Translations under genes and position numbers: made by a program
Notes under the pieces: generated by a model
Databases searched by the model: none
The model's input: the letters and a program-made list of their open reading frames with translations, nothing else
Told to the model about the DNA's origin: nothing
Part shown: piece after piece, positions 39,851 through 59,557 of the stretch
How positions within the stretch are numbered: the stretch's first letter is position 1
Layout of the letters: each line of letters begins with the position of its first letter
Assembly: GCA_040954595.2 (NCBI GenBank)
Contig: CM082594.2
Coordinates: 5,503,319 to 5,567,318 of the forward strand
From: Balanoglossus misakiensis
Taxonomy: Eukaryota; Animalia; Hemichordata
Direction: 5' to 3'
Length of the DNA: 64,000 nucleotides

Positions 39851-42800
39851 CCTTTAAAACGTCAACGTCTACCGCCAAACTTGTTTTAATTTGCCACCCC
39901 GTGAAAGATCACTCTACTTTTTTCCACGGACCGAACGCTTTGCCTATTTCCCCGTTCGTATACGCGCAGTCCCGCAAACATCCCACCTTGGGTAGATTAA
40001 TATCTGTTTAGTGATTAGAAGCTCACCCTTTATACTCGCCGACGAAGATTTACCGAGTCTGGTTGCTGTACGGAATCAGCAGCAAGAGATAGCGGGTTTG
40101 CCAACTTATTCACACACACAGAAAAGTGGCGTGTCTCGTAGCCAGCTGACTCTATCCCTGATTGACTCGGCGGTATTATCACGTTCACAATGGAGCGCTA
40201 ACGGGTAATTATGTCTGAAGCACACTCCACGGTATTATCTTATTAAAGCGATACCCTGTCTGTTGATCCACGCTTACTCATGGCCTCGGGCCACGGGACG
40301 GAGAGAAAGGAAAGTCAGCCGAAGAAAAAAAAACACGGCCGGGGTATCATGGACAACGGAAGGTGGGCAGCGGGCGAGTTGACTTTGTCCGGGATCAGGA
40401 CAGGCTGAATATACACGGCTTTTTTTTCCGCTTTCCCCCCGTTGTGCCCGACCGCGCGTGAGGTTAACTGTCGTCGGTTGCGGGTCACAGAGGAACCGCC
40501 AAAAAACCATTGTCTATTAAAAGCCTGGCCCGTCTTGCGCTGGGCATTGTTTCACATTTAAAACCTGGGCTGGGATGGGGAGAAGGGAAAAATGGGACGC
40601 TGGATTCCCCGAGGAAATTACATAAAGGTTTTTGTGTGCGACGTCTGAGAAAAAAATAAAGCGGACAAAAGAAAATGTTGATGACAATCGGGCATTTTTA
40701 ATAGCAAAAACTGCCAAGCTCCCCGTCTGGTATGGTGTCGGAGTTCTTGCTATATCACCCCCGATAAAACGGACCAAAAGAATATATCATTTTCTTCCAG
40801 ATACACCATCTCCTAATTCCCCAATACTGAGTATAGACCAGAGTTCGTTTTTTACGATCGTCTTCTTGGATGTAATTGGTACATTCGCCTCTTTTTCGAC
40901 TCTCAGCAATCAAAAGAAAATCATTTTCTCCACTCTCTTGTGGGACAACCCCTTTAATTTAGAGTTCTCGGCTTGAAAGGCCTTTGTCGTATGCTAATGA
41001 CAGGGGAGGGGCTACCGGGCTTACTTAAAATATTGCCCGATACAAGAAAGGCCAGATAAACACGGCGGAGTGTAAAACGGCACTGTGCAAACGAACCCTC
41101 TGAAGGCAATCCATTCACCGCTGAAAAGCGATTCGAAAACAAAGCAGATCATGTTGAAAGAAGGGAGATCTTTGTTCATTCAGCCGAAAAAGACAATGCG
41201 CGTTTTTTTGGCCTACCGGGGGACCGGTTGGTGCTGGGTCTTCCCTCAGTCGAGTGCCCCAATATCAACTTCTGTGAGTTTTTCTGCGTGATTTGTGTAG
41301 GGGATGTGTTTGTGCATTCCCCACAATGGGATTTGGCGCTACAAAGAGCTCGCCGACTCCGACCGGCTACCAGGTTTCATTCGCTCGTCTAAAGAAACAA
41401 CACCCCCTTTAACGTGCTCGAAAAACTTCGCATTGCTTTCACCGTTTCATATATATGATCACCAGCTCTCTCACACCGGGGACCTCAATTATAATATCAT
41501 CCGTCAGCGCGCGGACACACACGCTGATTTCTGAGGCAAATTAAGTCACCGGGCAGTAAAACAAACGGTGTTTCGCTAAATTAATTTATTCCCTCGTTCT
41601 CGCCGGACTTAGGGACCCATAGATGTCGGCAGAGCATGCGCAGGCATGCGTGAAGCCATCAGAAGAAAAACCTCTAAGAATTGCCGCCGATTTGTTGGGC
41701 ATTTACATTCACCAATGTTCCTCAATGAAAGCGCCCAGGAGACGGGAACCATCAACGGCTATACAACTCTGCCTCCGTGCGCGGCCATTTGCTCGCTCGC
41801 TAATTTTCTCCTTCGTGTCTCATGAATTTTTCAAGCCGTGTCATGGTTTTCTGTTCCCGGGGAAAGAGACAACATTGGCTTGCTTTATTGCACCGCTCCC
41901 GCATCACCTGAAACTTTCGTTAGACGAATACCTTTGCCGTTTAATATCAAATATTTCCCGGCCTGCAGTATTATGCCAACCTGGATTCATGATTTGAACT
42001 CTACTATAGGCCTAAGTAAGAATTTGTCAGAATAATTCCCTTTTCCAGTGACTTGTACATCATATAAGAGTTGCCTTCTCTTTGGTTCACAATTGTTGAT
42101 GTCCTCATCTGCAAAACACGAAAATATAAAATAATAAAGATAAATGGAGCGCGTCGAAGCCAATCTGATATAGGATTTTAACCACATTGGGTTTTCACAA
42201 AATTTCGAGGAGGGCTTTATTTTTAAGATGCTGCTTGCACAAACACTAAACTACAGCTTTATAAGAGAAAACCGGATGTTTACTTCCTCCTAGTCTCCCC
42301 GGATAAAAATCGCGCCGATCGTTTTATTTGAAAATAAAAAAACGAGTAGGTTTCATTGAACTGTTAAATTCCTAACTTTCACCACACCCCACGCACAAGT
42401 ACCAAACGTCTTCGCGTTGTTTCCGCGGCCGCGGTTTGTTTATCATACCAAATCCTGTTTAATGGTCTATCGACTTAACAGGATTCCCAAATTACGGTCG
42501 TGACTGCACAAAACAAGGTAAACATGGTCGGCTGTACCCGATCAAAGCTAGCTTTAGTTCGTGCTCTTGCTGGGTTCAGTAAGCTTAGGGATGTGAGAGG
42601 CGTGGCGAAAAAAATAGAGATCCAAAGTGCGCTCATTTTTAGACCGTACACCAGGCAGAATATAACGCATCCGAAATTGCTTTTTTTAAATTGTATGTGA
42701 CTTTAATTTATTTGTGCGTAATTCAAACTTTCTGTACACGCGCAGACAAATGATTAGCGCCCCCCCCCCCCCGCATGTTCCAAAGTCCCTGGCCCTGGTT

Positions 42801-44134
42801 TGTCGCATCCGTGGGGGTCTCGCGACGGTTTTCAGAGAGAGGGAGAGTTTTACTGCAGGTAAAATGTAATTTATTTTAATTACCCTGGGCTCATTCTTCC
42901 CGGAAACCCCGCCTTCGCGTCAGACCCATAAAAGCTCAATTGATCACGGTACTTTTCAGGATTACAATTAATGTTCTCTGGACCAGAGTCCTTTTATTTT
43001 GCACCTCCGGTCTCCACTTTGCCATAAAATCACAGTGGCAACCACTATCACATAGCTATACACGAGAATTCGTGATTTTTCTGACCATAGTATCTTTTGT
43101 GGAGCCACGGGCTCGCTTGCACCATAGACCCTAGGGTCTATGCTTGCACAAAGCGCACTCGTTCCATCCCGGGGGTAAACTGTTGAGAGGGACAACTGCA
43201 GGGGTTTGCGGTGGTTGCATAGGGGTGGTGTCTCAACCGATGACATAGGGGTGTGGACCCCCATGCTTGTATTACTTGGCCTTCTACGCGTCAACGCGAC
43301 TGCACACACACGCATACACACATCACCCACCCGCCAATGCGAGAAAAGTCACACATTCACGCCAAACGCATAATCCAATTGTCGAATGTGCGGATATCAT
43401 GTCAGTGAATGGAACGAGGTGAGAACGACCGCATGAGCATGTAAGACAATGGACGCCGCGGCACCCCGTTCCCACACCCGTGTGACGTTCACAGGACATA
43501 ATCCGAAGGACGGAGAACAACACTCCCAAAACAAAAGGCGGCGACAACAAACGCCATCTCCCTGTTGTTTTCTCAACTGTGCGGTATTGTAGAAATTAAT
43601 GAAAAATTCCTCCGATGATTGATGTTTCTCGTTTGTCGAAAACACCATTGAAATTTCATTATTGGCATTTCCTGACACATTCGCACCAAGAGGGTACATG
43701 TATATCAACCTAGTACATGTACATGTATAACATTTTCTGTGCGGGTTAAACGATTAGCGTTGACTTTTCGTATATGTAGATTAGAACAATGCAAAACAAA
43801 GGCCATTATTTGATGAACCATAAAAATCGAAGTTTTCGTGTTAAAACCACCGTCTTCATGCGGGTAACATATATTCTGGAACTTCGATGGGGTATTTACT
43901 TGATAAAACATTACATGAGACAGATCCGAGTCGTATATCGGGCAGTAGAAACTCTTGTTAAATACATGTACTAGTTAAGACAGTCCCAATTATCTGAGCG
44001 ACCATGCATCAGTGGATCGACTACAATTTTCATTGAAAACAAATATCCTATAAGAACGGTATTAAATATGTTAAATGTGGAAATGCTTATTTTATGATGA
44101 TTCTGTTACATTATAATATTAGCCTGAATTGCTA

Positions 44135-44136
44135 AG

Positions 44137-44173
<37 letters not shown>

Positions 44174-44180
44174 TAGAGAG
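44135..44180. repeat. (AGAT)n(AG)n microsatellite
   Basis: Direct inspection. Confidence 0.9.
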
Positions 44181-47100
44181 TCTGACTGGTTCTCAAATTA
44201 GGCCATACACCCAAGACATGGCAGACACGACCTGTACAGTTTTAACGCAGACAAATCGATGAATCGTTCCGTTTTAAGACACGATCAATAATTCAACGTG
44301 TGGCGCGTTTAATGCAGTTTTAATTGGGCCATGACTGTCAAAAGCGTTCGATATGACTAGTTGGGCGGGGCCAAATCACCATCCAGTGACCACGACGTCA
44401 CGTCCCAGCGGATTAAAACGTATTGACGGCGCCCTCTACGATGACAATGCTATAAACGTGTAGGCCTAGGTATTTTCAAATCCAAGTAAGTCATAGTAAT
44501 AACAGTTTGCGTCCTTTAAATTTTATTTATTTTTAATTATAAGGAAACAAAAGCGAAACAAATAGTGAACTGTACATAACATGTGCCCTACAAGCAAGAT
44601 ACAGTGTTTCGTCGTAAACCAGAAGCATTTTACAGTAACTGCTTCATGGGTTACCCTTGTCTCTCGCGTTTCCTCGCATCGTGAAGCAGAAGCAAAAACT
44701 ATGACGCGCGAGAATAGATACCGAAAAGTCAAAATGCGATATGTTTACGAGTACAGCGAAAAGAAGACACCGACAATAATAGTGTTCATGTTAAGTTTGA
44801 TTTCCTCGGAGTCCCATAAAAGAGAAACATTTAAATTATTTAAATTATGTAAATAGGCAGTTCCCTTAAAGGGTTTGCCTGTACAGATTTATTTATAAAA
44901 TATTCATAACTTTGTACTAATACGGTGACATTTCATTAACAGCGATCCACTTTCCTCCGTGCTCACGTAGAAACTTCTGTCTATGGTTTGATGTTGAAGG
45001 CAATCTCGGCTGTTCCATTTAACCAACGTACACACCCTGGTAGTATCCCCCCAGACAAACATACTGTACGCCCTTAGATTATGTGCCTTGGGTGTGAAAG
45101 TTTGGGGTTTAATCGGACGGATTTAATCGGACGGCATCTTTTATGCACAAAAGTGCCAAAAAACACGCGCACACCGGACATATCACCATGCTATCGGAAA
45201 TGTGAGGCGGCCACTACACAACTTTCACGGGGGCTAATCCGCTCATCTATCCGGTGTTGAACATTCTAATTTCCTGTACGGTGCCTCGCCGAAATCTCCG
45301 CAACACCCCGAAACTGCACGCGCCCGCGTCATTAAATGAGCCGACAATGGCAAATAAATACCAAATATGCCGACGGAATTGGCCAGCCCTGCGAGGGAAA
45401 TAGAGGCTTTCTGCGTGTCACCCCGAGTTTTTTATATTTTTTTTCGGCGGCGGAAAACCAATTTACTTCCAACCTTTTGTAGTCCACTGAAAGCCGAGAA
45501 TGATTCATAACACATACAGTATCAAAAGCGTAATTCCCCAGGTATTGTCGAAAGGTCTTTACTTTCAGATATTATACCTTTCTAAACCCACACAAAAGCG
45601 GCTTAATGCGTCACTGTTTGTTACCAACACGCTAACTGGAAAGTCAATCTTTTGTGCGCGCGTCTTTATTTATCTTGACGCGATAAATTACTCGTCCATT
45701 TACATTCGTGATTGGCGTCGACACGCACTTTGCGCGCCGATTACTTAAATATATATGGAAATCTCCAACCCGATGTATCCCGGCGTTTAATTTCTTCCTC
45801 CCAGCCGATAATCGGGAGTGCGGAGAATGGGAATTCCCTTGTCGGACTAATAAAAACTATGTTTCTCGTGTTCATCTATACCTGGACGGACGCTAATTGC
45901 ATCGGAGTAATATGAGTTGATATTCCCACAAGGATTCGGCGCGTAACAGTTCGTCAGGAAACAAAATGTTAAGTGTGTCTCCCCGATTGTGTTTTGCTGT
46001 TGTGAAGTTTCCAGGGTCGTGTTCGTAAAGTAGGTTTTGCGACACTGAGAGTGACAGAAACTATAAGGGAGGGTGGAGGGGGGGAGGGAGAGGAGGGGGC
46101 CTATGAAAAGATGGTGGTCAACTGAAACACCAAAGAAAATATCTAGTCAATGTGGCCCCAATTTTAGTCCCCATGGTATTTTATAAGTTAAATTTTCCGT
46201 TCTCAAAGGTATATTTATATCGAAGAATAAGAGAACAAATCATGGCTTACTGGATTCCAGATAAATGTTCGAGATGGTATTTAATAAAAGATCGCAATTA
46301 GCGTGATTACAAGAATGGCTGAACACCTGGTCTAATTTGCCACATACCATTGAAATCAAAGACTAGATTATTGTCGCATGATAACCAAAATAAAAATCGC
46401 AAAAAAACATCTCCTGGCCAGTCTGCCAAACTCGAATCTAAAAGCAACGCATTTTGTATCGTTCTCTGCCGTCAGCATCTGTTGTTCATTGGACCACATA
46501 GCGCCGGTCGATTCAATAACCCTGTGACAGGTGTCATGAAATCCAGTCGCGGTACACTTTGTAATGAATAACGGATTAGTGTATTACAGTGTAATATTAA
46601 TATTATTTTTGCATGTCCCGACATATTAACAAGATACCGATCACAATCGGATTTCATATTTTCGTCGCGTCTCCTTGATTAACCTTAGGGCTACATGAGT
46701 CACTAGCACAAAACTGTTATAGGATTTACGCGAACGGCTTATGATCTATACCAGACTGCCATCCATGACATTTCAGACCCAGGCTTCAATGCAGTAAAGG
46801 CTTGCCTTTCTAATATTTGATTTCGCATACCAGCAAATATTTCTGAATTGGTGGGCAACGGGTCAGACTTGTCGTGTCGATCTGTATATCACGTTTTGAT
46901 TCAAGGGTAACTTCACTTTGAACCTACGTCGTTGCAAAATTGATGCAATTTCACTATGCCTACAACACGCTATATTCAACCATTTTGCATAATCACGTTT
47001 TATTCTCTGTGGTGATACACCACGGACAGCGAAATAGCGAAGCAGAGCAGTAATATGATAATTAAACGCAAAAATTGCAGTGCGCTAGCACTCTCACTGC

Positions 47101-47187
47101 TAGGACTGACTGTACTGGGAAGATTTTGTATAAGTTAGAGGGTATTGTGACGATAGAGGATCGAGCTAGGGGGTCATAAATAGCAAA

Positions 47188-52513
<5,326 letters not shown>

Positions 52514-53505
52514 CACCAAGCGTGCCTTGTACATAGTTGTCAAGGACCCCAACAACTGGTGTTGACCTTCATATTTTTCAATGCACTGTCCATCCTTTAT
52601 TGCAAGATCTGATTGGCTGTTGGCTAGGCATTGAGGCAGTTGACCAGGTGGTTTCTTTACGCTGTTCAACCACCTGTTGAGTTAGTCAGGCTTTGGAGAA
52701 TTCACAGGAATTCCAACCTGGTAGGTGAAACTGGAAGTTGAAACAAAACAACGTCTGTAAACAAACCCAGAAATGTGCATATTCCTATGTACACATTCAC
52801 CCATGTGTACTTTATGTGACTTCTTCAGAATGTTCTGTCACTGGAAGACTGCAGTAGCCAGCTTGTGATATCCCATTCTGGAGAAGGGGTATTCTCAACC
52901 CAGCGAGATATTTCACATTCATTTGATACAACTGCCATGTATATGTACAGCAAAGTCTTCTAGTTTTGGTGTGTTAAAAACTGTAATATTTGTAAAGGAA
53001 AAAAAAATGTATCAGTGCAAAGACAGAACCTCAAGGTTACAGTATCAGTTTCTACTTAAGTGATTTTTATGTATTGTGGAGAGATAGCTTGATTTTACAG
53101 GTAGAAAAGTTTACTTACAAAATAATAGAATATGCTATTTTATTACATTCCATGCATTTTTATGTACACTTTGCTATTTCAGACTGGTCGAACTGAAAGT
53201 TCTTGCTCAGCAAAGAGACCTTTCTTCTGTTGTTGCTAGCAGCCAGATATACTGTTATGCAGTGCTCAATTTCAATTATTGGGCATAAGATGATCCTGTG
53301 ATCTGCTCAGGGAGGTCCGGGGAACAAAAGGTAATGCAGGAAATTGCAGTTTTATCTCAAGAGGGCGCTGTCACCAAACATTCAACACATTACCAGCTGG
53401 TATGTAATGAAGTCCAATTTCATGTCAAACTCTCATGCATGGCGTTATATGACTCAAACTTGATTCACCAACAAAATGACTAACAGGCATAGAATATGTT
53501 TAAAT

Positions 53506-55303
53506 TTTATTTATTATCAAAGACACTATGATGTCTTCCAAGATGATGAAATTCTTTCAGGTTGGTTCTCCATCAGGGGACTATTATTACTGACAGCAAA
53601 TTCTGTTTTGGATTTTCAACTACATTTCTGATATAAACAGGAGTACGGTAGCTCCTGTAACACAAGCAACATAGAGGCTGGACAATAACAAGACTTGCCT
53701 CTTGTGGTTGTTCTAGTAAAACTTGGGCCCCTTAGGTGATATGCATTTTTAAAGATTTTGTTTTCCTAAGAAAAGAAAAATTTGTGCTTGAACTTGACAA
53801 AGTAGTGCTCTTTGGTGTAACTACCATTAGGAATACTAGTATGGTACAAATTTGCTATGCAAGCTTGTTTTTGAATAATCTGATAACAAAATTGGATTTT
53901 AGTTACATTATTGTGTAATTTAATGGAATCATTATTGTAGCTATTGAAGACAGCACATGCATAAACAATATCAAGACAGGATCGCAGAAAGACTAGAAAC
54001 ACTTAACTCAGTATTGTGCAAACCCTTTTTGAAAAAAAAATGCTAGAAACTGGCCGTAACTACTGGTATGTCTTCAAACATATCTCATGGTAGAATGAAC
54101 AAATCTGAAAACTTTAATCATGATCACTACATCTTTATTGTTTCTTAATTGCCTTCTTGAAGGGAATTCACTGATAACTACTTGTGTGCTTCATGCTTGA
54201 AATGGGTAAATCTACAAAAAAGCATGGCTGTACTGTATTAGTGTCTCGTGTTCTGTAAAACTCCAAACGCCCACTGTCACAATGCCCATACTGTTGGAGT
54301 CACATTTCATTGTACTCTTTTACGACGGAAACAAAAATACTTCCCTCTACCAGGTAAATTAATTATGTGACTTTTTATCAACCACCAGTCCTGGAGGATT
54401 ACATGTAAACTGAAAAATTGTATCTTCCATTGCGAGAAATGGCCTGTGTGTAATTATCAATATATATACAATGGTTTTAGAGTGGAACTGGTTGGTATGA
54501 TGAGTTTCAACTTCCCTTTTCCTCCACAAATATAAGATGATTTCTGTCCCTTGTGAATATAAAGCTGATGATCATGGCTGCCAACGATTTTTTTTTTCAG
54601 TTTTCCCCTTACCAAATTCGCTATTTTATCAGAAAATGAGATTTTACGATGTTGTGAATATCTAATCTGTGCTATCCTAAAGTCTACAACAGGACAAGAA
54701 TTAAGAGAAATGAAAAAAACAAAAACTGCTATGTGTACCTCAAAGTTTCACAAATACACTTAATAATAATCACTTTAACATCTATTAGACCATTCTATTA
54801 ACAAAATGGGTCGAAGAGAAATAAAATAATGAGTGGTAAATACTGAAGGATAACTGGAATTGCTGCCTCGTTATAAACATGTTTCAATCACCCTTATTTT
54901 AAACTTTGGTATGATCCAATTATATCAGCAACACAGCAATCTGTGTGCTGTAGAGGGGAGAGACTATGAAAAGACGATTGAAAATGAGGTATTGGTTGGA
55001 AGCATTGTATCTTCTTTGCTTGCACATCTTGCATCGTTGCTCACCCCTTCAGAGGCATTGGTATAAACCTATTGCTGTTGTCTGCAGGTGACTCCACTCC
55101 AAAGAAAGGGGTGAGCAGACACGGTGTCTGCACGGAGCACTGCAGCGGGAGTGTCCTTCAGTTTTTTTTGGTAGAAGTTTCATAATCAGGAAAAAAACGC
55201 AGATTCATTTCTTTTGTCTTTCAAAAACAAAAGAAATGTTTTTGTTGTTTTGGTGACGTTTGATATTCAGGTAGAAGTCCGTGTGTGGTGCGGTTTCTAG
55301 TCC
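53506..55303 (-). other. Probable CDV3 3' UTR, convergent with the TEX9 3' UTR
   Basis: U-rich minus-strand sequence after the stop; overlapping AATAAA signals at 53506-53515 and another near 54134. Confidence 0.45.
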
Positions 55304-56159
55304 TCAGTGTTTACTGAGCGCTGCGTATTTGTTCTCTAAATCAAGTTTGGGTCCGTGACTTCCGGGAATATTGTCTGTTGCTCTGCTCCCCCTTGTAACT
55401 CTTTCAAAATATCTATCGGAACTATCGCTGAAAAAAGAAAAGAAAAAAAAAGAATTAGACATACAGATATCTCTGTTCCAAAGTGTTGATGTTCCTGATC
55501 AGGATGGTTCTCTTTTTAAAAGTTCAAGTTCATCAGATATGTAGCTGTCTCTTAATAGGTGCATTTTTTTGGGGGGGATGTGGTGATTGTGAGTAAAGAG
55601 ATAAGGCCTCAGGTCAACATTCTGATTTGGGAGAAGAATGGTGCTGACACAGAAGTGTTTTCCAAAGCTTACTGAACTTCGGAGAACATACTGTGATTCT
55701 GGAAAGTAAAGATTGACTGATCTGCAGGTGAAGAGTATCATTCCAGTTTCGTCACTCGACATTACACCATGCCAAATGTAAGTGCGCTACATAGTGTCAG
55801 TAGAATGAACTTGGAAAGCGATCTGAAAGTCTTTGTGTAGCACTGGATTTGCTTACGTTGGTTGCTTTTCCAAACTGGCTTGTAAAGATGGAAATTGGTG
55901 TTCACTGTGTACGTCGGGTGCCTTGTATTTGCCGCCCCTTCTGGGCTGGCTTTGAGTTGCTGCCGCCAGTCTTGCACCAGGTGGTCGGTACACGCCTGTA
56001 GATTTGGGTGCTGGCTCTGCTGCTGCTGCTGCTGCTGCTGGTTCTATAAGGACAAATGATGGTGACGTTAGCACTCAAATAAACGGGTGGCTGACTCGCA
56101 TCAGTCTTGGTATGTTGCTTTACATTTTCTTTGTATGTATGTATGTATGTATGTATGTA

Positions 56160-56208
<49 letters not shown>

Positions 56209-57330
56209 ATGTATGTATGTATGTATGTATGTACGTACCTGTTGGTGCTGTGGCAGCCTGTCCCGATGTTGTTTCAACCATTCTCCATGGCCCAGTTGCA
56301 TCTTTTGGTTTTACAATTAATTCACCTTCTTCATCGTATTCTGGTTCTGCTTCTGCTGCTTCCTCGTCCTGCTCACCACCAGCACTAAAAAATGAAATGA
56401 AAGCAAACTTTCTTTTATTTCTCTAGTGTGTGTTGTTGTTGTTGTTTTTTTTTTTTGGGGGGGGGGTGTTCATGTTAACATCAGATAGTGATCTTCAAGT
56501 TAGAAAAAATATCATAGATTGATGTAGCAATCTAAGAGATTTTACCTTATTTGTAATGCGTGTATTCTAAGTCCACTGTAATCTTTTTGCTCGGGTTCAT
56601 CAAATTCCTTCCATTCCTCTTCGTCTTTTTTTCTCTGAGATTGAGAAAGAAAGGAACTCATTTGAAGTGCGTGTACAATTCAAGCAAGCATTCAATCAAA
56701 CATGTCAATTTCACTTCAGTGTTACAAGCAACCGGCGACATGACCTTTGACCTTCACAGGGCTTCATTATCTAAAATTTTGCATGTACATACAGCGAGAA
56801 AATACAGCGAGAAAATAAAACAACTGCTACACACAGAGTACGTCCTATTTAGCTTTGAAAAATATAAATCGGATGTTAATAGGTCGCATACATATTGAAA
56901 AATTACGTAAAGCACTTGAAATTATCACTGTCGATCGCCGACCTCGATACACGTGGTCGGAACGTAGACAGACAGATGACACTGTCCGCGATCATTGGCG
57001 GAATCAAACAGCACAGCTTTAGTTTCGAACAGTATACCAGATGGTACATTCCCAGATCAAAATGTGCGCATCATTTACCTCTGCAGGTATTGGACGTTCG
57101 CGTTCTTCCTGTGTCTGGTCCGCTTCTGTCGAAGCAGCTGGTTGGAAACTGGCTGCCGTACTCGTAGATTTTTCCTTCTCCTTCTTTTTCTTCGGCTGCT
57201 GCCCACCGCCACCGCCGCCATCCTGTAATTTCTTGGCGATTTCGTCTGTGGTCGTGAACTTGGACTTAGATTTGCTCTTCTTCTTCTTATCCTTTTTGGC
57301 AAAGAAGTCGTCCAGGGCTTTATCCTCCAT
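55304..57330 (-). CDS. CDV3: CDV3 homolog (carnitine deficiency-associated protein 3), 5 exons, about 265 aa
   Basis: Exons 57079-57330, 56546-56634, 56239-56384, 55857-56043, 55304-55427 (798 nt). Motifs LDDFFAKKDKKKK, EEEWKEF..KDYSGLRI..LQIS, GPW, GVYRPPGAR, APDVHSEHQFPSLQ, KLDLENKYAAL. Confidence 0.92.
56132..56233. repeat. Compound (TGTA)n(TG)n(TATG)n microsatellite adjacent to a CDV3 donor
   Basis: Direct inspection; a shorter relative (TACA)n(CA)n lies at 137-180. Confidence 0.95.
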
Positions 57331-58053
57331 GGCTTTCCGATTTAAATCGTCAAAATTTCTTCAACGTTGGCTCTGCCCATGAGAAACGGAAGACCACACG
57401 ATGACCCGAGAAGTTCCCGGAAATGAAAAATGCGCGTGCGCGGGGATCAGGTTCCCTAGGTCAATCAAAAAATGTACATGTCATATTTACTCTGTTTTCA
57501 CAAAGAAAAATGATAAAAAGAGCTTAAATCCTTGAGATAAGCAAGTAATGTCGGAGTTACGACTTCTGTTTAACTCACTTTTTCGAAAGAAAGCCAAAAC
57601 GGAAATTAAGAGCGTCTGTGTTTCAACTTTGTTAATGTTTTGTGTCAACAAATGTAAACTTCCTGGGGAGTCTTCAACATGTGGGTAAATGGATCTTGGG
57701 ATATCCCCCGTGTGCGGAGCCAGCACAAGGTACTTTTGACTTGGGACATCAACAGGGGCATGGTGACTGAGCTGACCCATAACGGTGGTGCCTGTGGTTC
57801 CGCTAACGTTTGCGCCTTGAACGGACAATGCAGCCTGCTGTAACCTCCACTCGCTGTGATGTAGCGCACGACTGATCCACCAGAAGTCCTGCGATCGCCG
57901 ATCTGACAGCAAACTTTTTTTTAAAACCCCCAAAAACTCCGCGATGGCAACAGCTTGTCAATCAGCAAACTTTGCACCGAATGCAAATGAGACTGTCCCG
58001 ACTTTCTCGGCGTAGCCGGTGAATTTCCTTCGCAAGTAAGCCGATCAAGCACC
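57331..58053. promoter_or_regulatory. Bidirectional CpG-rich promoter and 5' UTRs between CDV3 and a divergent gene
   Basis: Head-to-head ATGs 724 bp apart; ETS-type CCGGAAAT near 57417 and NRF1-like TGCGCGTGCGC at 57431-57441; CpG-rich relative to flanks. Confidence 0.6.
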
Positions 58054-58139
58054 ATGGAAGAGAACGGGAAAGTGCAGAATTCCAACCGTCTTCTCACAAA
58101 ATCAGATTCGTGGAAGAAAGGTATAGAGGGAATGGTCAG
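58054..58139 (+). CDS. First coding exon of an unidentified gene (MEENGKVQNSNRLLTKSDSWKKGIEGMV..), continuing beyond the window
   Basis: Strong Kozak ACCATGG, open frame, consensus donor CAG|GTAAGT at 58139/58140; no in-frame second exon recognised in the remaining 5.8 kb. Confidence 0.6.
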
Positions 58140-59557
58140 GTAAGTTTTAACTTAGTATACCCACAATGCAACGAGTAACAGAAATGTACACAGGTATATC
58201 CCTGTATCATATATAATACATTAGTTTACAATTAAAATAAACATTGATTTGCATGAAAGCAACAGGTTCATTACGATTTCTCTGTACAAAATATAATTTT
58301 TGCCAAAGTTTATAACCGCACAGTTGATAACTGTCCAAATGATTAACTTAGCAAAATAACAATAGAGATCACGTTTCCTTTGGTCATATATGAATATAAC
58401 TCCCTTACGCAAACTTGTCTTTCAAGAAAATGTTTTGGAACAGACGACTTTGAGGAGTTGCCCAAGTGTAAGAAAGACTATAAATTTCATTTTCTAAACA
58501 TTTCTAATATTTTTCTTTATTTTTCTCAAAGATAATAATACTATAATCCAAAGTACTTCTTTGATTAAAAATTCCAAAGGGACCTTGTACTTGTTGATGT
58601 TTTCAGTATGATATAAAAAAATAGAGTTTAAAAAAAATAAAACCAACATGCTTTTGATAATTATCAATGGAACTGGTTATGAAGGGGATAATCTTTGTTA
58701 ATATTCTGCAAAGGTTTGTTCGAGAAGTGTGATGAACCTGATAAAAATGTGATAAAGTAAATTTGAATAAAAGGAGAGAAGTTAGAGATAGCATTGTTCT
58801 CAATTAAAGGGCAAGAACACTGCCTTTTAATTAACGGAAAGCAACTATAGTGCTATGAAAAACGAGCTTATGGAATTTGAAAAAAGTAACACCCAAATTG
58901 TGTGACCAGAGTTTAAACCTGGTTAAAATAGACTAACTTCCTATTCAGTCGTATAAATTGATTTTTGTACTGATAAAGTTTGTCTACTTGCAACGGTAGT
59001 GGCCACTTTGTACAAAATAGCACGAGTAAACGCAGTGTGATACTTATTGAAATAATTACAGGGTTGACAATGTATAACTGGGGTTTGAAAGTTGCAATGC
59101 AATGTTCTTGTTATTTCTTATTGTGTCAGTGTGTGGAAATTTTTTCACACACATGAGGTCTACAACACCAAAGTTGATCACTGCCATCAGTCCGTATTAA
59201 TTTCTCTTGCAGTGTTCTTTTCTCCCAAGGAAAACAGCGAGGATCATTTTCAGTCTGGAACAATACTGTGACTTTCACTAAACCTGACTTATCCTCGTCT
59301 GATCCCAATGCATTCTGGGTAGATATGAGTATTGCAAGAGAAATTGATAAGGGACTTTCACCAACTTCGGTGTCCTATTCAGTTACCCGCTGTACAGTAA
59401 ACTTCCCTGGACTTCTGAAAGTCATCATTCTAAGCTGACCTAGCAGACACCTGTCCTTCACAGGTAAAGGTGGGGCTGTCACCTGAGATTTGATTGGCTG
59501 GTGCAAAAGTGGGCAGGGGTTTGGAAACTTTTTACGTGATCGTCTGCAGGAAGCCCA

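Noticed and set aside
55388-55392. Suspected frameshift at the G-run in the last CDV3 exon
   Set aside because: Recounting gives five G on the minus strand, which keeps FERVTRGSRA...KLDLENKYAAL in one frame.
55762-55822. Possible alternative CDV3 exon encoding a hydrophobic tail (SLSKFILLTLCSALTFGMV*)
   Set aside because: It would need a 34 nt intron from the donor at 55856, too short to be credible; intron retention gives an immediate stop instead.
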